From assembly GCA_002747515.1 (NCBI GenBank), contig PDPP01000016.1, positions 50,369 to 114,368 of the forward strand: DNA of 64,000 bases, in the 5' to 3' direction. The notes under the pieces were generated by a model. That model did not search any database, was not told the DNA's origin, and worked only from the letters and a program-made list of their open reading frames with translations. The position numbers and the translations under genes were made by a program. The stretch comes from Candidatus Moraniibacteriota bacterium. Its GTDB lineage: Bacteria > Patescibacteriota > Minisyncoccia > Moranbacterales > GCA-2747515. The first letter of the stretch is position 1. Each line of letters begins with the position of its first letter. Below, piece after piece: positions 56,131-64,000 of the stretch.

Positions 56131-58779
56131 TTATTTTCCACAACATTTTTTATACTTTTTTCCACTACCGCACGGACAATCATCATTGCGTCCGACAGTC
56201 TTTGTACTCTTTATAGGCTTTTCAACCTTTGGTATATTTTGCATCATCTCTTTTTTTTCTTTTTCAGCTGCAGCAGCAAATTGCTGTGGATTACTCTCTC
56301 CTCCTGATAGTATCATATTTGCCGTCATGCGACTTACAGCACTATCTTCTTGGCGTACTATTGAAGCACGAAAAATTGTATGTAAAACCGTATGACGAAT
56401 ATTTGCAATAAGTTGTGAAAACATATCAAATGCTTCTTTTTTGTACTCGATAAGTGGATCCTGTTGACCATAGCCTCTTAGTCCAATACCCTGTCGCAAA
56501 TGATCAATTGCATCAAGATGATTCATCCAATGTTGATCAATTGTACGAAAAAGAATTGATTTTTCGATTGCACGCATTGCTTCTTCGCCATTTTCTTTCT
56601 CCTTTGCCGCATACGCAATCTTTGCCTCTGCATAAACATGTTCAATAGCAATTGCTACTGTCTCGCGATCATCTTTACTTTCATCTTGTATAATTTCGTT
56701 TAATTTTTTCTCTGCTTTTTCACTAAACGGAAACATACCTCGTACATCCTTTACAATATTTTTCACTTCCCAATTATGACGATCTCCAATGACATGTGCA
56801 CTAACAATTTCCTCAGTATCCTCATGCAATAATTCAAAGATATCACTTTTTACATCATCTTTTTCCAATGCTTCACGCCTTCTTTCATAAATCACTTCGC
56901 GCTGTTTATTGACCACATTATCATAATCAAGAACATGTTTACGAATATCAAAATTAAAACCTTCAATTTTTGATTGCGCTCCCTCAATTTGTTTTGAAAT
57001 CATTTTATTCTCAATTGGTTGATCTTCTGGAAGTCCTAATCGTTCCATAATACCCTTGAGTCGATCACCACCAAATCGTCGCATAAGTTCATCATCCAAA
57101 GAAATATAAAATTGTGTTGTACCAGCATCTCCTTGACGACCAGAACGACCGCGCAACTGATTATCAATACGTCGTGCTTCATGACGCTCTGTGCCAATGA
57201 TGTACAAACCACCAAGATCTTCCACACCATCACCAAGTTTAATATCTGTTCCACGTCCAGCCATATTAGTTGCGATTGTTACAGCACCTTTTTGACCTGC
57301 ATCTGCAATGATTTGTGCTTCTTTTTCATGAAATTTTGCATTGAGTACGCTATGTGATACTTTTGCTTTTTCAAGTGCACGTGAAAGTGCCTCAGATTTT
57401 TCAATTGCAACTGTACCCACGAGTACAGGCTGTCCTTTTGCGTTGAGTTCTTTAATCTTTGCGACAATCGCATTGAACTTTCCACGTTCATTTTTATACA
57501 CAACATCAGCAAGATCCTTTCTTTGCATATCTCGATTTGTCGGAATCTCAACCACTTCTAGTTCATACACTTTTTGAAACTCTTCTGCACTAGTATTTGC
57601 TGTACCAGTCATGCCAGAGAGTTTATCATACATACGAAAATAATTTTGAAATGTAACTGTCGCAAGCGTGCGTGATTCTCGCTGTACCGGTACTTTTTCT
57701 TTTGCTTCAATCGCTTGATGCAATCCATCACTATACCGTCGACCTTCCTGTGCACGACCGGTAAACTCATCCACAATAATCACTTCTCCATCACGAACCA
57801 AATAATCCTTATCTCGCTCAAAAAGTACTTGTGCCTTCAAAGATTGCTCAAGATGATGTACATATTGAATTTTTCCTTCTTCATAAATATTTCCAATATT
57901 AAGTCTATCCTCAATTTTTTCAATACCTTTATCTGTAATTGCCACAGAACGTAACTTCTCATCAACTGTAAAATCTTCACCACGTTTCAAAGATGGTACA
58001 ATATTAGAAAATTGCTCATAGAGTTTTGTAGATTCTGTATCAGGTGCTGAGATAATTAATGGCGTACGTGCCTCATCAATAAGAATTGAATCCACCTCAT
58101 CAACAATTGCATAATGATGTTCACGCTGTGACAATGCCTCTTTTGACTGTGCCATATTATCACGCAGATAATCAAAACCAAATTCATTATTTGTGCCATA
58201 TGTGATATCTGCTGCATATGCTTCTTTTTTCTCTACTTTATTGAGATTTTCCATCTCAATATCCACAGCGTTTTTATCAACGGTTTGTGCTTTATAAAGA
58301 AAACCGCCCTCATGTGTGATACACGCTGTTTTCAATCCAAGTGTTTCATAAACAATACCCATCCAATTACAGTCACGTTTTGCCAAATAATCATTTACTG
58401 TGACAACGTGTACACCCTTGCCTTCAAGCGCATTTAAATAAATCGGCAAAGTTGATGTAAGTGTCTTACCTTCACCAGTTTTCATTTCTGCAATCTTTCC
58501 CTGATGTAACACAATCCCACCCATAATCTGCACATCATAATGCCGCTCTCCAATCGCACGACGTGCTGCCTCACGAACCAACGCAAAAGCCTCTGACATG
58601 ATATCATCCAGTGACTCGCCATCTTTTAAACGCTTTTTAAATTCTGCGGTTTTTTCCTTGATACCTTCATCTGATAACGCTTTCATTTTCTCCTCATTTT
58701 CATTGACCTGATCCACAATTGGCTGTAACTTACTAATCTGTCGTTCATTTGATCCAAACAATTTTTGCAATAATGACAT
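56131..58779 (-). CDS. secA: preprotein translocase ATPase SecA
   Basis: MSLLQKLFGSNERQI, DEAD motor motifs and C-terminal zinc finger CPCGSGKKYKKCCG. Confidence 0.95.
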   Translation of the reverse strand: MSLLQKLFGSNERQISKLQPIVDQVNENEEKMKALSDEGIKEKTAEFKKRLKDGESLDDIMSEAFALVREAARRAIGERHYDVQIMGGIVLHQGKIAEMKTGEGKTLTSTLPIYLNALEGKGVHVVTVNDYLAKRDCNWMGIVYETLGLKTACITHEGGFLYKAQTVDKNAVDIEMENLNKVEKKEAYAADITYGTNNEFGFDYLRDNMAQSKEALSQREHHYAIVDEVDSILIDEARTPLIISAPDTESTKLYEQFSNIVPSLKRGEDFTVDEKLRSVAITDKGIEKIEDRLNIGNIYEEGKIQYVHHLEQSLKAQVLFERDKDYLVRDGEVIIVDEFTGRAQEGRRYSDGLHQAIEAKEKVPVQRESRTLATVTFQNYFRMYDKLSGMTGTANTSAEEFQKVYELEVVEIPTNRDMQRKDLADVVYKNERGKFNAIVAKIKELNAKGQPVLVGTVAIEKSEALSRALEKAKVSHSVLNAKFHEKEAQIIADAGQKGAVTIATNMAGRGTDIKLGDGVEDLGGLYIIGTERHEARRIDNQLRGRSGRQGDAGTTQFYISLDDELMRRFGGDRLKGIMERLGLPEDQPIENKMISKQIEGAQSKIEGFNFDIRKHVLDYDNVVNKQREVIYERRREALEKDDVKSDIFELLHEDTEEIVSAHVIGDRHNWEVKNIVKDVRGMFPFSEKAEKKLNEIIQDESKDDRETVAIAIEHVYAEAKIAYAAKEKENGEEAMRAIEKSILFRTIDQHWMNHLDAIDHLRQGIGLRGYGQQDPLIEYKKEAFDMFSQLIANIRHTVLHTIFRASIVRQEDSAVSRMTANMILSGGESNPQQFAAAAEKEKKEMMQNIPKVEKPIKSTKTVGRNDDCPCGSGKKYKKCCGK

Positions 58780-59068
58780 ATATTTTTATAAATAAAACCA
58801 AACCTGCATTTTTGGCAGTTTCTCTACAAAGTCTACCAGAGAAAAAACATAGCGTCAAAAGAGCTTTCACTATGATTTGCACAAAAGAAAAAAGCAGGTC
58901 TACTGCATAGCAATACCTGCTCTAATAATGTTATGAAATTAAAATACTCGTCCTTCGTTATCTTTGCTGTCATTGGTGACATTTTTTTCAGCTCCCACAC
59001 CATTTTGGATAGCGACATTTTCTTTTTCTTTCAGATATTACTCCGAAAAACGAAGATATGTAGAAATT

Positions 59069-60139
59069 CTACTTCTTCACTGCATAAAATGAACCTCTAA
59101 TCTTTAAATAGTCATTAAGAAAAACAAATTGGACATTACCCGTAATTGTATCACTACCGCTTTTATTTTTTTCTGCATGTGCATTAATCATATATTCTTT
59201 TCTTTTTTTTGCATCACTAAATTCTGCTATTATTAAACCATTATCCTTTATATCACTATAAAAGATTGGAAATTCTATTGTTTTGTCAAAAAAGTCTGGT
59301 ATAAAGCTATATGCAAATGGAAATTTTATTGTATCCGCTTTTGCAAGTGGCTTAATTATTCCATTTGGAATTCTACTTTTTTTCTTTTCTCCACTTTCCT
59401 CTTCCATCTCTTTCTCTTCAGTGATTTCTTCATTACGATCTTCCTCTTTTTTTTCAGTAAATTCTTCAACGTGATTTTGTGCAACATTTTCATTTGCATT
59501 GATTACGAAGTCAAAATCATATGTTTTTCCTTTGAGCGCATGAAAAATCGCAGGATTATGATTTGGCGAACCTGCTATTTCTTTAAACACAACAACTTTT
59601 GAGATTTTAATAGTTCCACTCCACTCTCCACTCAATTCTTCAAGTGTTGGATAAACTCCAATATTAAATCTCTGAGCAAGATATTTCTCATATCGTTCTT
59701 GCGCATCATCTCCAAAAAAGTATTTTCGCACGCCTGTTTCAATATCTATCATTGGCACTTCATCATCAGTTAGTGTGCCACTGCTTTCTATGATACTTGT
59801 GCGTTCTATTTTTTGCATCATTTCTTCAACAAAATTTCCGACAAGTGCAACTTTTTCTTCATATGATTTTTTTTTCAACATTTCTGGTGCTGATAGATCA
59901 TCAAAAATGCCTTTTTCATCAAATACAAAAAGTAACTTTTTAAGATCTTGATCTGTTACGCCCTTTTTTTCACGATTTTGTATAAATGTATCAAAAATTA
60001 ACTCCTTTTCTACTTTGGACATTTCCATCTTTTCCTCGTGATACTCTCTTTCACTGTTTTGATTCCATGGAAATTTACATCCAGAAAAAAAGAATAAGAT
60101 ACAAAATATAATACTCAAAAATTTTATATATTCTTTCAT
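59069..60139 (-). CDS. lipoprotein, hypothetical
   Basis: Signal peptide with lipobox FFFSGC, acidic middle region; no family. Confidence 0.5.
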   Translation of the reverse strand: MKEYIKFLSIIFCILFFFSGCKFPWNQNSEREYHEEKMEMSKVEKELIFDTFIQNREKKGVTDQDLKKLLFVFDEKGIFDDLSAPEMLKKKSYEEKVALVGNFVEEMMQKIERTSIIESSGTLTDDEVPMIDIETGVRKYFFGDDAQERYEKYLAQRFNIGVYPTLEELSGEWSGTIKISKVVVFKEIAGSPNHNPAIFHALKGKTYDFDFVINANENVAQNHVEEFTEKKEEDRNEEITEEKEMEEESGEKKKSRIPNGIIKPLAKADTIKFPFAYSFIPDFFDKTIEFPIFYSDIKDNGLIIAEFSDAKKRKEYMINAHAEKNKSGSDTITGNVQFVFLNDYLKIRGSFYAVKK

Positions 60140-60171
60140 GTTTTTTGAAAATAATTACTCTACCAAATATA

Positions 60172-61320
60172 TCACATTTTTTTACGCTCCCCCAAAAACA
60201 TCTCTGCTTTTGTTGTTGCATCTACAATTGCAGTTTCAATATTTTCCAATGTAGGATTATTGATAATATCATGATTGTCCATCACATATTTTATACCATT
60301 TTGGATATCGAGATATGTACACCGTCCTGCAAGAAATTCTAATACAAGATAATCATTTGCTGCATTCATCGCTGCCGGCAGCGTTCCTTGCTTTCTCATC
60401 GCATCAAATGCATATCCTAAACATGGAAATTGCTCCAAATCAGGTTCTTTAAATGTATAACTGCGATCAAAATTGTGACGCTTCACCGACTCACCCCATC
60501 TTTCTGGATAACTCAATGCATATTGAATAGGTAAGCGCATATCTGGCTCAGAAATTTGTGCCAAAATAGAATTATCTGAATACTCCACCATAGAATGAAT
60601 GATGCTTTCTGGATGAATTACAACACGTATATTCTCTGGATCTACATCATACAGCCACATTGCTTCTATTACCTCAAATCCTTTATTCATAAGAGTTGCA
60701 CTATCAATTGTAATTTTTGCACCCATATTCCACGTTTTATGTCCTAATGCATCTTCAATAGATACATCTTTTAATTGTTCTTTTGTATAATTCCTTAGAG
60801 CACCTCCAGAACACGTAATGACGAGAGAGCGCACATCTTCCATACGCTCACCATTGAGACATTGAAAAAGTGCACTGTGTTCTGAATCAATTGGCATAAT
60901 GTGTACACCATATTTTTTTGCTTGAGACATGACAATTTCTCCTGCAGCAACAAGAGTTTCTTTGTTTGCTAATGCGATATCTTTCCCTTTTTCAATTGCT
61001 TTAAGCGTTGCACGAATAATCGTCAATCCCACAGTCGAAGAAATAAATGTGTCATACCCATCCATTGCAGCGATTTCCTCAAGCATTTTTGGACCAGTGA
61101 TAATCTTTTTCCCTGTACGTTTTTCCAAGTCACGCGCACTTTTTTCATCTGCAACTCCGATAATAGCTGGTTGAAATTCTGCAATTTGTTCTTCCAAAAG
61201 AGCAATATTTTTATTTCCTGTTAATGCAAATACTTTTAATTTTTTGGGGTATTTTCTCACAATATCAAGTGTCTGCGTTCCTACAGATCCTGTGCTCCCC
61301 ATAAGTGCAATATTTTTCAT
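60172..61320 (-). CDS. dxr: 1-deoxy-D-xylulose-5-phosphate reductoisomerase
   Basis: MKNIALMGSTGSVGTQTLDIV NADPH Rossmann and conserved core. Confidence 0.9.
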   Translation of the reverse strand: MKNIALMGSTGSVGTQTLDIVRKYPKKLKVFALTGNKNIALLEEQIAEFQPAIIGVADEKSARDLEKRTGKKIITGPKMLEEIAAMDGYDTFISSTVGLTIIRATLKAIEKGKDIALANKETLVAAGEIVMSQAKKYGVHIMPIDSEHSALFQCLNGERMEDVRSLVITCSGGALRNYTKEQLKDVSIEDALGHKTWNMGAKITIDSATLMNKGFEVIEAMWLYDVDPENIRVVIHPESIIHSMVEYSDNSILAQISEPDMRLPIQYALSYPERWGESVKRHNFDRSYTFKEPDLEQFPCLGYAFDAMRKQGTLPAAMNAANDYLVLEFLAGRCTYLDIQNGIKYVMDNHDIINNPTLENIETAIVDATTKAEMFLGERKKM

Positions 61321-61395
61321 ATGGCAAAATAATTAATTAGATTACTCTTTATTTTCAAAAAAACTCTCTATAACATATAGAAAGTTTTCTAAAAA

Positions 61396-62130
61396 TTAAC
61401 GCAAATAATGTTTTAATGTATAAATCCAATCTTCCTCATTTTCTCCATTTGCTGCATTAGCTTCTTTTTGTCCTAACAGCCATTCTAACCAACTCCGATC
61501 TGTGCGCGCTACATCTGCCACCATTTCACCTTTATGTTTTCCAAACGGAATACGCTTAAGAAGCAGTGGTTTACTTGTGATTTCAATCATTTTTGTAATT
61601 ACTTCATCATGTTGCATATTTGTAGCCATTTTGTCATACATCCGCTCAAAAAGTGCTTGTAATATTTTTACATCTCCCAATGCATCGTGTGCATGTGCAT
61701 CATCAATATTAATACCCAAATAATATCGCAAATACTGCAATCGATACGCTGGAATTTCACTTTTTGTATCTAACACTTGTGCAACTTTGTATGTATCAAT
61801 CGCTTTTTGTACTTTCAGTCCTTCTTTTTCAATCATGCTAATGTCATATGGTGCATTATGTGCTACAAACACTGTATTATCATTATTTAAAATATCCTTA
61901 AGTTTTTTATAGAAATCTGATTTTTTGAAAATTGGCTTCCCTTTTATATGCTTGTTCGTAATATGTGTTACTTCCATTGCCTCAATGCTCATATCACGTC
62001 CAGGATCAAAGAGTGACTCGTATTCTTTACCATTAAAAGCATATGCTACTTGTACTAATCGATCATCTTCTTCGAGGCCTGTTGCTTCCACATCGAGAAA
62101 AAGTAGATTTTTTAATTTTTCATTTTGCAT
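61396..62130 (-). CDS. DnaQ-like DEDDh 3'-5' exonuclease with C-terminal extension
   Basis: Exo I LFLDVEATGL, Exo II FVAHNAPYDISM, Exo III AHDALGDV. Confidence 0.75.
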   Translation of the reverse strand: MQNEKLKNLLFLDVEATGLEEDDRLVQVAYAFNGKEYESLFDPGRDMSIEAMEVTHITNKHIKGKPIFKKSDFYKKLKDILNNDNTVFVAHNAPYDISMIEKEGLKVQKAIDTYKVAQVLDTKSEIPAYRLQYLRYYLGINIDDAHAHDALGDVKILQALFERMYDKMATNMQHDEVITKMIEITSKPLLLKRIPFGKHKGEMVADVARTDRSWLEWLLGQKEANAANGENEEDWIYTLKHYLR

Positions 62131-62245
62131 AAGTACGTTATTATTATCTTAGATGAATTTCATAATCGTAACTGTATATGTGTATATAATAGCGCAATAA
62201 TAAAAACCGTCCAAAATATCACACAAGAACGGTTTTTGAAAAAAA

Positions 62246-62518
62246 CTATTTTTCTTCTCCCATACCATCAAGTATATCAGAAGTCGTATCTGCAACAGAA
62301 TCAATACCATCCCCTGCGACATCCTTTGCTTTATTGGCAATATTATCAACTGCTTCACCACCAAACTCAGCTTCATCAGCAATTGCATCAATTCTTTCTT
62401 CTGTCATATCTGTTGCTTTATCTGCAACACCATCTACAGCATCAGCAGCTTTGTCTGTGAGATTATCGAGATCAATCATAAATTTATATAAATCACTAAT
62501 TACATTTCTATTATACAC
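62246..62518 (-). CDS. Asp/Ala-rich repeat protein, hypothetical
   Basis: 90 aa with repeated A-D-x-V-D-G-V-A-D-K-A units. Confidence 0.35.
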   Translation of the reverse strand: MYNRNVISDLYKFMIDLDNLTDKAADAVDGVADKATDMTEERIDAIADEAEFGGEAVDNIANKAKDVAGDGIDSVADTTSDILDGMGEEK

Positions 62519-62612
62519 AAAAAAATAAATTATGCAGTATATATAAAACGATCGCCGAAATTACTTCGACGACCGAAATTATGATAGAGATGGAGATTAT
62601 GAAATGCTAAAA

Positions 62613-63926
62613 TCACAAATTTTCTTTGATACTGTGAAGTTTAGCTATCAAATCATCCAAATCAACATTTGACGTGGCAATTTTTTCATCAATCTCTTGA
62701 AGTTCCTTGCAAATGTCCTTAAGCCGTGCTTCAAGTGCATCTTTTTCTAATAAAAGAGCATTCTTTATCTCCTGAAGATTGCTGTCTTGTTCTTGCTTTT
62801 TTTCTACAAAATCAGCTAAGGACCGCAATTCTGCGACTACATCATTCTCCTCAGAAAAAAGCATTTCATTGTAAGTATCGCTACCTTCGTTTTCTAACTT
62901 ATCAATTATTCTCCGAGCTCTTTCAGTTAAGGCATAATATTGATGCGTTTCACAACCAGAACCTCTAAGATACTTAATAAGACCGAGATTCCCCGCCCAC
63001 ATTCGAGCCATACCAGAAAAAAACCAGCGATGAGGATTTGTAAGGCCAAGTTCTTGCGTCACAATCCGAGTAAATTCAGACTTGTGAAACGATTGATTAA
63101 CGCCAAACTTCTCTTTTATAGCCAAGAGAATCAGATCTCTTCCCGTTTCCTCAACATCACTAGGCAAAAGATGATTGACATCTTGACTTGATCCTTCTTT
63201 CAAAGTAGCAGAATCCTCTTGATTGGATTCTGCATCACCAGTCTCTTGAGAAACTGGAACAATTAAATTAATTACTGCTTCAGCAATGCTTTTCACCCTC
63301 TCATCGCTAATGTTATACTGCAGATGCTCTTTTTTTGCATTTTCAAGTGCCCGCTCAATCGCATTTAATAGATATTGCGATTTTTTAGCATCAGTCGGCG
63401 TGAAGAAATACTCATAACAGGTTTCATTACCAGCGTGTTGCATGACAAATTTGAAGCTACCATTGTGAATTCCTTTACATGTGATGCCTTTTTTTGCAGC
63501 AGACCCTTTAACTTTTTTACCTTGTGTGAGAATAATCTCACCTTCGGTAAGTCGTGAGACTTCCGTAAAGTTAAACACCTCAAGAAAAAAATCTCGGATG
63601 TCTTTTTCCATTGCCGGTTTCTCAAGGCTTTTAAACCTTACAGAAACTTCACGAAAACATCGGTTTTTATTTGATATTGCTATATGCATTGGGTCGTAAA
63701 CCTGCACACCACCCTTAACTAAATGGGCTAGTATAACTTTTTGCTTTATGAGACTATTTATGAGATTTATCGGGTGTTCATTTGCGCCATAATACAGGTG
63801 TAGCGCAGCATTCAGCCCTGAATCCACCACATGTATCCCATTTATAGGATTGCGGCCAAAACTAAGCTCATGAATTGCAGATAAAACAAAATCTGCTACT
63901 GGCATTTTTTCTGTGTTTTCTCGCAT
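62613..63926 (-). CDS. hypothetical 437-aa protein with locally elevated GC and C-terminal coiled coil
   Basis: No recognisable family; possible winged-helix-like segment (LILLAIKEKFGVNQSF...YYALTERARRIID); GC visibly higher (~40%) than the surrounding ~32%. Confidence 0.5.
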   Translation of the reverse strand: MRENTEKMPVADFVLSAIHELSFGRNPINGIHVVDSGLNAALHLYYGANEHPINLINSLIKQKVILAHLVKGGVQVYDPMHIAISNKNRCFREVSVRFKSLEKPAMEKDIRDFFLEVFNFTEVSRLTEGEIILTQGKKVKGSAAKKGITCKGIHNGSFKFVMQHAGNETCYEYFFTPTDAKKSQYLLNAIERALENAKKEHLQYNISDERVKSIAEAVINLIVPVSQETGDAESNQEDSATLKEGSSQDVNHLLPSDVEETGRDLILLAIKEKFGVNQSFHKSEFTRIVTQELGLTNPHRWFFSGMARMWAGNLGLIKYLRGSGCETHQYYALTERARRIIDKLENEGSDTYNEMLFSEENDVVAELRSLADFVEKKQEQDSNLQEIKNALLLEKDALEARLKDICKELQEIDEKIATSNVDLDDLIAKLHSIKENL

Positions 63927-64000
63927 AGCTCCTGCCTCGTTTGTTGTATTTGTTTGTTAAGTGACCTCAGAATCCACTATGGAATCTGACAATTTTTTAT

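Noticed and set aside
1348-63699. Numerous 60-200-aa antisense or out-of-frame ORFs nested inside the genes called above (for example 1348..1674, 3511..3867, 13449..13817, 18483..18929, 45488..46087, 52476..52895)
   Set aside because: They are fully overlapped by strongly supported genes, have low-complexity composition, and lack RBSs.
1-64000. Alternative genetic code (UGA recoding, as in Gracilibacteria, SR1 or Mollicutes)
   Set aside because: Long housekeeping ORFs (secA, pheT, aspS and others) are intact under the standard code, and several genes terminate at TGA (for example 5120-5122).

Overview
AT-rich (~32-34% GC) bacterial chromosomal window, standard genetic code (TGA used as stop), densely packed with housekeeping genes. 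Translation: serS, aspS, hisS, proS, gltX, pheS/pheT, tyrS, rplU, rpmA, rpmF, rplI, def-fmt. Replication and repair: dnaB, priA, recJ, recR, rnhA, a DnaQ-like exonuclease and a PIF1-like helicase. Secretion: secA, secD, secF. Nucleotide and sugar metabolism: pyrG, archaeal-type pyrH, purC, galU, rmlA, glyA, dxr, an ADP-forming acetyl-CoA synthetase. Many small membrane and hypothetical proteins are interleaved. I found no rRNA, tRNA, CRISPR array or transposase. Gene orientation switches from mostly '+' (1-31.4 kb) to mostly '-' (32-64 kb). The switch point is a 1.1-kb AT-rich non-coding stretch (32345-33450). It contains a near-perfect 11-6-11 palindrome strongly resembling a Xer/dif recombination site, plus two further half-site copies, so I interpret this as the replication terminus with a dif-like site. 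Other non-coding signals are a T-box leader upstream of aspS, several consensus sigma70-type promoters, many intrinsic terminators, and three candidate structured-RNA loci. The reduced, enzyme-poor gene content and the archaeal-type UMP kinase suggest a small-genome lineage such as CPR/Patescibacteria, but that is inference. Most antisense or overlapping ORFs in the supplied track are spurious.
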